Positions 10,058 through 21,000 of a stretch of 64,000 nucleotides of DNA are shown in pieces. Location: contig JANOQV010000242.1 of the NCBI GenBank assembly GCA_031414955.1, forward strand, positions 1 through 64,000, read 5' to 3'. The translations under genes were made by a program, and so were the position numbers. The notes beneath the pieces were generated by a model. It was not told where the DNA came from. It was given only the letters and a program-made list of their open reading frames with translations, and ran no database searches. Origin of the DNA: Pedosphaera sp. Lineage in GTDB: Bacteria; Verrucomicrobiota; Verrucomicrobiia; Limisphaerales; SIBH01. The stretch's first letter is position 1. Every line of letters starts with the position of its first letter.

Positions 10058-10810
10058 GTGAACTCCGAAACGCCAACGCCCTCGTCCGATACGCCGCGCG
10101 GCGACATTTTCGTCACCACGCGCTGGACGGTCGTGCTCTCGGCGGGGCGCAAGTCGTCACCGCAATCCGACCGCGCACTGGGGGAACTTTGCCAGACATA
10201 CTGGTACCCGCTCTACGCTTATGTGCGCCGGCAGGGCAAGACGAAGGAGGACGCGGAGGATTTGGTGCAGGCGTTCTTCGAGAAGTTTCTGGAAAAGAAT
10301 TACCTCGAAGGACTCAGCGCCGAGCGCGGGAAGTTCCGCGCCTTCCTGCTCGCTTCGTTGAAACATTTTCTCGCCAACGAATGGGACAAGTCGCAGCGCC
10401 AGAAGCGCGGCGGCGGCGTCACGCACCTCTCGCTCGACTGGCAGAGCGCGGACGCGCGCTTCCATCTCGATCCGCCCGACCCCGCGAGTCCCGACAAGAC
10501 GTTCGACCGCGAGTGGGCTTTGGCCTTGCTGGAACGCGTCATTGCCCGGTTGCGGGACGAGTGCGTGGCGGACGGCAAAGAAAAACTGTTCGTGCAGAGC
10601 AGGGGTTACTTGATGGTCGGCGAGTCAGCCATTCCCTACGTCGATGCTGCGAACTCCTTGGGTTTGGAGGAGGGCGCGGTGCGCGTAGCCGTGCATCGCC
10701 TGCGGAAACGCTACCGCCAACTGCTCCGTGACGAAATCGCCCAGACGCTCGACGACCCGGCGCAAGTGGCGGAGGAACTGCGCGCGTTGCAGGCCGCGCT
10801 GGCCGGCTAA
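10058..10810 (+). CDS. ECF sigma-70 factor, kinase-associated PVC type
   Basis: FVTTRWTVV, YWYPLYAYVRR, DAEDLVQAFF, GKFRAFL, VRVAVHRLRKRY; starts 1 nt after the kinase stop. Confidence 0.92.
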   Translation: MNSETPTPSSDTPRGDIFVTTRWTVVLSAGRKSSPQSDRALGELCQTYWYPLYAYVRRQGKTKEDAEDLVQAFFEKFLEKNYLEGLSAERGKFRAFLLASLKHFLANEWDKSQRQKRGGGVTHLSLDWQSADARFHLDPPDPASPDKTFDREWALALLERVIARLRDECVADGKEKLFVQSRGYLMVGESAIPYVDAANSLGLEEGAVRVAVHRLRKRYRQLLRDEIAQTLDDPAQVAEELRALQAALAG

Positions 10811-11433
10811 AACGCCCCGGCGGCGAGTTGCACGTTGCGTTCCTGAAGCTGCTCGGACCAGCGCGCGATGTAGCTGAACACGCGGTAAATCTGTTCGAGC
10901 CGTTCGAGGGGCAGGGCCGGGCCGCGCTCGGGTGAGCCAACGGCGGGCGCGGATTCCCAGACGGTGTTCATCTGCTGAAGCTCGGCCGCAAGCTCGTCGC
11001 GACGGGTGTTGATGCGTTGCTGGAGGGCCTGGAGCTTGTCCGTCCACTCCATGCCGCGCTCGAACATCTGCACCTTGAGCAGCGGCGAAGTGACCCTGGT
11101 CTGCTCGACGATAAAGGCATCCACGTCACGGCAGAGTTGGCCGACCTCGACGAACAAATCCATGGTGCCGGGCGGGATGCGCTGCACATCCTTGGGCTTG
11201 GCGGCTTCGAGTTCGAGCAGATGCAGCAGCCGTTCCTTGGGTTCGCGCAGGATGTTGTAGGCGGCGTTCAACTCGGAGTAACGAGCCGTGGCTTGCTGAC
11301 GCTCGGCTTCGGGAGCCGAGTGAAAGCGATCGGGGTGAACCGCGCTGGAGAGCGGCAACACCTTCTGCTTGAGCGCCTCGGCCTCGAGCCACGGGCGCCG
11401 GGGTTCATCGAGGAGGGCGAAGGCGTCGGTCAC
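10807..11433 (-). CDS. hscB: HscB-like J-domain co-chaperone
   Basis: DAFALL…HPDRF…LNAAYNIL…P; GTG start at 11433 overlaps the iscA stop. Confidence 0.8.
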   Translation of the reverse strand: MTDAFALLDEPRRPWLEAEALKQKVLPLSSAVHPDRFHSAPEAERQQATARYSELNAAYNILREPKERLLHLLELEAAKPKDVQRIPPGTMDLFVEVGQLCRDVDAFIVEQTRVTSPLLKVQMFERGMEWTDKLQALQQRINTRRDELAAELQQMNTVWESAPAVGSPERGPALPLERLEQIYRVFSYIARWSEQLQERNVQLAAGAF

Positions 11434-11819
11434 GCGCTGAAGCTTTCGCCGCAGGAGCAACTCGTCGCCGCGTTCGGGTTCTTGACCTTGAAGCCGCCGT
11501 CGGTCAGCGCATCGACGTAATCCAGTTCGCTGCCGGTGACGTAGAGCGCGCTCTTGGGATCGACCACGACCTTGATGCCGCTGCTCTCGACCAGGATGTC
11601 GCGCGAGGCCGGCGCGTCCTGCAAATCCATCTTGTATTGCAACCCGGAGCAACCGCCGCCCACCACCGCCACGCGGAGCACGCCCTGGGGGCGGTTCTGC
11701 TTGGTGAGGAGCGAACTGACCTTCTCCGCCGCGCTGGGCGAAACCTTGATCAGGCGCTCGTCACCGACACGGAAACTGGGAGCGGTCGCGGTCTTGTTCG
11801 TGGCAGAAGCTGCAATCAT
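11430..11819 (-). CDS. iscA: HesB/IscA Fe-S cluster assembly protein
   Basis: LRVAVVGGGCSGLQY and NPNAATSCSCGESF. Confidence 0.93.
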   Translation of the reverse strand: MIAASATNKTATAPSFRVGDERLIKVSPSAAEKVSSLLTKQNRPQGVLRVAVVGGGCSGLQYKMDLQDAPASRDILVESSGIKVVVDPKSALYVTGSELDYVDALTDGGFKVKNPNAATSCSCGESFSA

Positions 11820-12093
11820 CGTGCGCGAAAGTATCGGCTGGGCCGGGGAGCGTCAACCGGCGGGACGAGGCGGGGTGGGATTGTAATTCGCGGGCCATTG
11901 GTGCGGCGGCGGCGGCGCTCAGGAACGGGGCATTCCGACTTCGCACCGTCCTTCCCAGCACTTTCAATCCCACTCGTTGCAACCAGGCAGTTGCATGAAG
12001 TTCACAGAACTGTCACCTTGGCCATAACAAATCCGCAGCCCAAGCCCGCTTTTGTTGAAGCGACGCACTTCTGCGGGGTCGTCAGTATTCATT

Positions 12094-15000
12094 ATGAACC
12101 ATAAGTCTCTGGCCCTGCTTCTATCCTGCCTGATTGCTCTGGCTTCCTCGCTTGCCGCCGCTCCGGCCAGTCTGCGCGTGCTGACCCAGAACAATTACCT
12201 GCCCGGACTGCCCGTGCTCGTGCGGGTCGAGGCTTATGCGCCGGATGGCAGCCGGGATCGTGAGACCTGGAATGGGGTCGCCACCTTGAGTGCGGATGGC
12301 GGCGTGACTCTCTCCACCAACCTCATCGCGATGCGCAACGGCGTGGGCAGCGAGCTGGTCACGTTTTCCGGCGGGACTGATTTCAACTTCACCGCCACCG
12401 TCGGGGGAGTGCCGGTGACGCGCTCCTTGCACAGCGTGGCCGGCGATCCGGTCACGAAAATCGGCGGTGTGGTGAGCGGCGGCAGCAGCACCTGGTCGGG
12501 GATTATCAACGTGACCAATGATCTGACCATTACGAATCACGTCCTGACCATTGAGTCGAACACGCTGGTGCTGCTCAACGGCACCGGTTCGGGCACGGGC
12601 GGCGCGGACATCTTCGTGAACGCGAACGCTTCCATTCAATCGCTCGGCACGGAACTCCATCCGGTGACCATCACCTGCTCGAATGTGTTCTTCACCAATC
12701 GCTGGGGGCAGATTCGTCACAACACTTCGCTGCCTTCGCTCTATCGCCATACTTTCATCCATCGCGCCGGGCGCGCGCCGGGCGAAGGCCACACCGGCCA
12801 GGCGCCGGCGGTCCGGCCGTCCAATTCCACCCTGACTTTCGAGAGCAGCACCATCAGCGATCTTTGTGAACCTTCCTCCACCGCACCGGGCTACGGCACG
12901 CCGGGCAAGGTGATGTATGCGGTCGGTTCCACGCTCTCGTTCAACGACTGTCTTTTTCAGCGCGCGCGCATGGGTCCCGAAATCGACGGCACGGCGCTGC
13001 TCTTCACCAACAGCTACATCATGGATACCCGTGGGCCGGATGACGCGGACGGCATTTACCTCCACGGCCAGCAGGTCGGCCAAGTCATCAAGCTGGTCGA
13101 TTCTGTTTTTGCCTCCGGCGACGACGATGGCATCGACACGCTCGGCTCCACCATCACGGTCGAGCGATGCATCCTGCGCGATTGGGCCAGCGTGGTGGAA
13201 GACGCCAAGGCCATCAGCGCCTTCGACGGTTCGGTGGATGTAATCCGTTGCCTGATCGTGGACAGCACGGTGGGCGTCTCGGCCAAGTGCGCGGCGGCAC
13301 CTGCGTCGGTGCGGGTCAACATCAACCACAGCACCATCACGGGCAACCTCACCAACGTGCTGGCGCAGTTCAAAGCCAACGCGCCCGGACCGATCGTGGA
13401 TTACCGCATCACTAACTGTCTCATTTGGGGTGCTGACGCCGTGCAGTCCGATTTCGCGGTCACGAATCTCACCATCCGTTACAGCGACATCTCCGAGCCG
13501 TGGGCGGGCACGGGCAACCTTCAATCTGATCCATTGTTCGTGAATGCGGCGGCGAAGAACTGGCGCTTGCAGATTGCTTCGCCGGCCATCAATGCCGGCA
13601 ATCCTGCGTCGCCGGTGGACGTGGATGCCAGCATCACGGACATGGGTGTGTTCCCGTTCCTGACCACGGCGAATCCGCTGGTCTCAACTGGCGCAGTCTG
13701 GCGCTATCTGGACAACGGATCGAATCAGGGCACGAACTGGTCGCAGCGATTGTTCGACGACACGCTCTGGGCCAGCGGCCCGGCGCAGCTCGGATACAGC
13801 AGCAACACCGCCGAACTCGACGAGGCCACGCTGGTCAGCTTCGGGCCGGACCCGGCCAACAAATACATCACCACTTATTTTCGCCGCGCCTTCACGGTCC
13901 TGAACCCGTCGGAGTTCACGAACCTGGTCGCGCGCCTGCTGGTGGATGATGCTGCGGTGGTGTTCCTCAACGGGCAGGAAGTTTATCGTTTCAACCTGCC
14001 GGCCGGCGCGGGCGCGGTCTCGAACCAGACGCTGGCTCTGCTCGCGGTCGAGAACACGAACGTCTTCAATTCCATTTCCCCGTCGCTGCTCGTGGCCGGC
14101 ACGAATGTCATTGCCGTCGAAGTGCATCAGCAGTCACTGGGCAGCAGCGATTTAAGCTTCGACTTGGAATTGACGGGCCAGCGCCAGGCGGTGGGCAACC
14201 AGCCGCCGAGCGTGTCCATCACTTCTCCTCCCAATGGGGCCGGTTTCATCACGCCCGCCACCATCGCCATCTCGGTCAGCGCCACGGACAGCGATGGCAC
14301 GGTGACGAACGTCCAGTTCTACCAGAACGGCGCGCTGCTCTGGCTGACCAACTCCGGGCCGTACAATTACACCTGGAACGGAGTGGGCGTCGGCACCTAC
14401 ACACTGACGGCCGTGGCGCTGGACGACGCTGGAGACAGCCGCACTTCTGCCCCGGTGAACGTCACGGTCTCCGTGCCCAGCACTGCGATCACCAACTCGC
14501 TCGTCGTCTTCGGCAGCTTGTGGAAGTACCACGACAAGGGATCAAACCTGGTCACGGCCTGGCGCGCGTCGGCCTACGATGACAGCTCCTGGTCAAACGG
14601 GCTGGCGCAACTCGGCTACGGCGACAACGACGAGGCCACGCGCGTGGAGGACAATCCGACGCCCGGTTTCAACGCCGCCGACACGGACAAGTTCATCACC
14701 ACGTATTTCCGGCGCAGCTTCCCCGTGACCAATGCCGCCGCCTTCACGAACTTGAGCTTGCGCCTGCTGCGCGACGATGGCGGCATCGTCTATCTGAATG
14801 GCGTGGAGGTGCAGCGCAGCCCAAACCTGCCCGGCACCATCCTGTTCAACACCCTCGCCACCGGCTCCGCGCCGCCGGACAACACCATCGACACGACGAA
14901 CTTCCCGACCAGCGGACTGCTCGTGGAGGGAACGAACGTCATTGCGGTGGAGATTCACCAGCAGTTGCAGAGCAGCTCGGACATCAGCTTTGACTTCGAG

Positions 15001-18000
15001 TTGATCGGCGTTCGCACCGCCGACACCAATGCCCGGCCCGTGGTCGCCCTCACTGCTCCGGCCGGCGGCACGATCTTCGGCACGCCGGCGAACTACACCA
15101 TCACGGCCACGGCTTTCGACAGCGACGGCACGGTGACCAATGTGGCCTTCTACGCCAACGGCGTGAAGCTCGGCGACGACGCGGGCGCTCCCTACAGTTT
15201 CGACGTGGTCACTCCGGCGGCGGCTGTTTATTCGCTCTATGTGGTCGGCACGGACAACGTCGGCCTGTCCGCCACCTCGACGGTGGTCAACATCACCGTG
15301 AGCACGAACATCGCGCCGCCCGTGGTCTTCGCGAAGACACCTGTGCCCGGCAGCCTGACCAACCTGACCAGCCTTGGTGTCACCTTCAGCAAGGCCGTGA
15401 CAGGCGTGAGCGCGGGTGATCTGCTGGTCAACGGTTCACCGGCGACGGGCCTCAGCGGTTCCGGCAGCAATTACACGTTCACGTTCCCGCAACCGGCTTA
15501 TGGCACGGTCTCGATCAACTGGGCCGCGGGCCACGGCATCACGGATGTATTCACGCCTTCTCACGCCTTCGACACGAACTCCACCGGCGCGAACTGGAGT
15601 TACACGCTGCTCGACTCGCAGACGCCGACCATCACCACCATCAATCCGGTGCCGAACTCGACCGTGGCGGCGCTGACCTCCATCGCCATCACTTTCAGCG
15701 AGCCGGTCACGGGTGTGAACGCGGCCGACCTGCTGATCAATGCCTCGCCCGCTTCCGGCCTGAGCGGCTCGGGCGCGGGACCGTATTCGTTCACCTTCGC
15801 CCAACCGGCGTTGGGCGTGGTCAACGTGACCTGGGCGGGCGGGCATGGCATCGTGGACACGAGCGGCAATCCGTTTTCGCCCGCGCCGTGGAGTTACACG
15901 CTCGACACGAACAGCTCGGGGGTCGTGATTTCTGAAATCATGTATCACCCGTCGTCGGAGAACGTGCTCGAGGAATACATCGAACTGTTCAACAAGGGTG
16001 GCAGTGCGGTGAGCCTGAGCGGTTGGCAGTTGTCGGCGGGGGTCAGCTTCACCTTCTCGAACGTCTCGATTCCGGCGGGCGGCTATCTCGTCGTGGCGGC
16101 GGATGTCACCACGTTCACCAACAAGTATCCCGGCGTGACCAACGTCGTGGGCAACTGGACCGGTACGCTGCGCAACCAGGGCGAGGACATTGATCTCGAT
16201 AACGCCGCTGGCCAGCGCGCGGACAGCGTGCAGTACGCCGATGAAGGCGACTGGGCGGTGCGCCAGCGCGGGCAGAATGATCCGGGCAACGGCGGCCAGC
16301 CGCATCGGGGCTGGGCTTGGTTCAAGCCGCATGACGGCGGCGGCAGTTCGCTGGAGTTGATCAATCCGAACCTCTCGAACAACAGCGGCCAGAACTGGGG
16401 GGGCAGCCTCACGACCAACGGCACGCCTGGATCGGCCAATTCAATTTTCCAGAACAACGTGGCCCCGCTCATTCTCGAAGCGGGGCATTTCCCGCTCATT
16501 CCGCGCTCGACCGATCAGACGGTCATCTCCGCTCGGTTGCTGGACGAGGCGGCGGGCGGGTTCACGGTGAACTTGCTCTACCGTGTGGATGGTGCCGGCG
16601 TCTTCACCTCGCTGGCCATGCACGATGACGGGTTGAACGGCGACGCCGTGGCCAACGACACTCTCTGGAGCGCGCGCATTCCAGCGCAGGCCAACAACGC
16701 GGTGATGGAGTATTACATCAGCGCGACCGACGCGCAGAGCAACACCCGCACCTGGCCGGGGGCGGCCATCGCGGCGCTGGATGCCGCCGGGCCGACGGGG
16801 CAGGTGGCCAACGCGCTCTTCCAGATCGACGATGTGGCTTACACGCCGACCAATTCGCAGCCGCTCTTCAAGCTGATCATGACGGCGGCGGAGAACGCCG
16901 AACTCGCCAGCATCCCCTCCCAGAGCAGCCTGAACGGGCCGAACGCGGCGATGAACGCGACGTTCATCGCCATTGATGCCTCGGGTATCGAAGCACATTA
17001 CCTCGCGAGCGTGCGCAACCGCGGTCACGGCAGCCGGACGGCCAACCCGCCGAACTACCGGGTGAGTTTCCGCAGCGACGATCCGTGGAAAGGCGTGAGC
17101 AGTTTGAACCTGAACACGGTCCAGACCTATTACCAGCATCTCGGCAGCGTGTTGAGCCGGAAGGGCGGGGCGATCAGCGCCAACACCATCGCCGTGCAGG
17201 TGCGAGTCAACAACTTGAACCGCGCCAACGCGGGCGGCGGCATGTATGGCTCCTACGCGGCGGTCGAGGTCATCGACGCGGACTGGGCGGGCAACCATCT
17301 CCCGCTGGATGGCGACGGCAACGTGTACAAGGTGGTGCGCGACATCGATCCCCCGAACTTCGAATACCGCGGCACGAACGTGAATGCGTACACGAACAAC
17401 TATTTCAAGGAATCGAACATCAGCGAGAACGACTTCTCGGACCTGATCAACATGCTGTCCATCATGGGCGAGAACAGCGGCGCGCTCTTCACCCCGGAGA
17501 ATGTCCGCTCGGTGATCAATCCGGAACAGTGGCTGCGCCATCTGGCGGTGATGAACCTCTTCGCCAACGGCGAGTCCGGCCTGAACACCGGCAACAACGA
17601 CGATTACTACATGTATCGCGGCCTGCTCGATCCGCGCTTCATTCTCACCGCGCACGATCTGGATGAAATCCTCGGCGTGGGCCTGGCTTCGAACACGGAC
17701 ATCTTCCGCGCCACCTGCTGCCCGATCTCCGGCGACAGCGAGGGCACCTGGCGCGCGATGGATCGCTTCATGCGCTCGCCCGACTTCCAGCCCATCTATT
17801 ACCGCACGCTCCAGGATCTGCTGAACACCACCTTCTCGGCGGCGCAGTTCAACGCCACCGCTGACCAAACACTGGGCGGCTACGTGCCGCAGAGCGTCAT
17901 CGACAGCATCAAGACCTGGATGGACGCGCGCCGGCTCTCTGTGCAGAGCCAGATTCCCGCGCTGTACGATCTGACCGTGCCCGTGGCTTTGGTGACCCAG

Positions 18001-21000
18001 GTGCCGCGTTCGCCCACGCCGTTCCGCAGCGCGTCGCTCACGGTGGGCGGTTACAACGTCGTCTCGTATCAATTCAGCCTGAACGGCGGCGGCTTCTCGG
18101 CGGAGACGCTGGTCGGCGCGCCGATTGTTTTGTCCGCGCTGCCCGATGGCACGAACACCGTCGCGGTCATCGGTCGCGGCACAAACGGACTCTGGCAGGC
18201 GGTGAGCAACGCCACGGTGGTCTCGTGGGTGGTCAACACAAACATCCCGGCCGTGCGCTTGAATGAAGTGCTGGCCCAGAATAACGCGGCGCTGAATCAC
18301 TTCGGCACTTTCCCCGACGCCATCGAGCTGTTGAACGAAGGCGCGAGCACGGTCGATATCGGCGGCCTGCGGCTGACCGACGATCCCGATGTGCCGGGCA
18401 AGTTCACCTTCCCGCCCGGCACGCTGCTCGCGCCCGGTTCGAACTTCGTGGTGTTCGCGAACAATGTTGATGGCACGCCGGGCTTCCATCTCGGCTTCGG
18501 CCTCGATGCCGCGGGCGACTCGGTGAATCTCTTCCACAGCCTGGCCGGTGGCGGCGCGCTGCTGGATCGCATTTCCTTCGGACGTCAACTCGCGGATCGC
18601 TCCATCGCCCGGCTGGACGGCAGTGGCGACTGGGCGTTGAGTCAGCCGACGCTGGGCGCGGCCAATGTCGCGCAACCGCTCGGCAGTCCCGCGGGCCTGC
18701 GCATCAACGAATGGCTGGCGGCCAGCCTTTCGCAGGAGGAGTTCGTCGAGATTTACAATCCCGCCGTGCTGCCGGTCGCCTTGGGCGGACTCTCTTTCAC
18801 CGATTCGCTGATCGGCTGGCCGGCGCGCAACGTGATCAAGCCGTTGAGCTTCATGGGGGCGGGCGAGTATCTGGCCTTCATCGCCGAGGGCAACGGCAAC
18901 GGCGGCGACCATCTGAACTTCGGTCTCGCGCTGGAGCAGGGCGAGATTGGTTTGTTCAACACCGACCTGTCGGTGATCGACTGCGTCATCTACGGCCCGC
19001 AGCAACTCGAGATCGCGCAGGGCAAGTGCCCCAACGGCGGGCTGACCGCCATCACGCTGGGCACGCCCACGCCGGGAGCGCCGAACTCGTGCCCGGTCGC
19101 CCTTCCGCCGCCGGTCACGGTCACGCTGCTCACGATCAGCAACCTGTGGAGCTATCAGCCGCGCACCAACTACGACGCGGTGAACTGGACGACCAACACT
19201 TACAACGACGCCACCTGGCCGACCGGATTGGCGCTGCTCGGTCGCACGTCGTTTGCCAGCAACCAGATCTGGCCGGAACCGTTCCGCACCCACATCGAGA
19301 CCAATTCGACCCAGACGAATTTCTATTTCCGTGCGCACTTCAACGTCGCGCCCGGCGCCAGCTACACCTCGCTCCAGTTCCGTCACATCATTGACGACGG
19401 CGCGGTCTTCTATCTGAACGGCGTGGAGATTCCCGGCTCCCGCTTCAACCTGCCCGCCGGTCCGATAAACGGTGCCATGTTCGCGTCCTCCACCATTTCC
19501 ATCGGTGCCTACCAGGGGCCGATCAGCATCCCGATTTCGATGCTCGTCACGGGTGACAACGTGTTCGCGGTCGATGTGCATCAAAGCTTCACCAACAGTT
19601 CTGACTTCGCCATGGGCATTGAACTCCAGGCCCTCATCGTGACCAACAGCCCGGCGCTGGCCGGCGTGCTGATCAATGAAGTGCTGGCCAACAATGCCAC
19701 CTTCGAGGAGCCGGATGGCAGCAAGCCGGACTGGGTGGAACTCTACAATCCCTCGACCAATGCCGTGGACCTGGGCGACATGAGCCTGACCGACGACACC
19801 ACCGTGTCGCGCCGCTGGGTGATTGCGGGTGGGACGATTCTCAACGCGCAGTCTTTCCTGAAGTTCCGCTTCGACTCCGGCCTGCCCGCTTCGGCGACCA
19901 ATGCGGGCTTCGCGCTCAAGGCCAACGGTGGCGGCGTGTTTCTCTTCAACCGACTGGCCGATGGCGGCGCCCTGCTCAGTTCCGTGGCCTATGGTTTGCA
20001 GGCAGCAGACTTCTCCATCGGACGCCTTCCGAACGGCAGCACGAACTGGGCGTTGAACATTCCCACCCTTGGTTCCGGCAATCTCGTCGCGTCGCTCGGC
20101 GATCCCCTCCTGCTGCGGGTCAACGAGTGGATGGCCAATCCTTTGCCGGGCAACGATGACTACATCGAAGTTTTCAACCCGAATCCGCAGCCCGTGGACA
20201 TCAGCCGTTTTTACCTCACGGACAATCTGGGCAATCGCATCAAGCACCAGTTGCCCGCGCTCTCCTTCCTCGGGGTGGGCCAGGATGCGTTCCAGGAATT
20301 CAAGGCCGACGGCAACACCACGCTGGGGGCCGACCATTTGAATTTCTCGCTCGCCGGCGGTGGCGAAGCGGCGGGACTCACGCACTCCAATCTCACCGCG
20401 CTCGACAGCATCAGCTTCGGCCCGCAGTCCTCGGGCGTGTCACAGGGGCGGCTGCCCGATGGCGCGGCCACCACCGTGAACTTCACCACCACGCCCACGC
20501 CGGGCAAAGCGAACTTCCTGCCGCTCAATGTCATCGTGATCAACGAATTGATCGCGCACACCGATGCGCCGCTGGAGGATGCCGTGGAACTCTACAACCC
20601 GACCGGCGACCCCGTGGACATCAGCGGCTGGTATCTGAGCGATTCGCAGAACAATCTGCAGAAGTACCGCGTGCCGACCAACACCATCGTGCCCGCCGGC
20701 GGCTACGCGGTGCTCTACGAGTACCAGTTCAATCCCGATCCCGGTCCGCTCTCGTTCTCCTTCAGCTCGGCCAAGGGCGACGAGGTTTATCTCTCGCAGT
20801 CTTTCAGCCCCGGCACGGTCACGGGCTACCGCGCGTTTGCCACCTTTGGCGCGTCGGAGAACGGTGTCTCCTTCGGGCGCTTCGCGACTAGTCTCGGCCA
20901 GGACTTCACGGCTCTGAGCGCGCGGACCTTCGGCGTGGACAATCCGGTCACAACCAATCAGTTCCGCACTGGCACGGGCCTGACCAATGCCTATCCGAAG

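Noticed and set aside
10807..11652. Longer ORF-track starts for hscB (also lepA 1109, lepB 4305, DUF58 61096, antitoxin 56837)
   Set aside because: The extensions overlap neighbouring genes or promoter regions; family similarity begins at the downstream starts used above.
16441..20385. 1314-aa antisense ORF
   Set aside because: Shadow of the giant plus-strand gene caused by GC-rich codon bias; no recognisable motifs.
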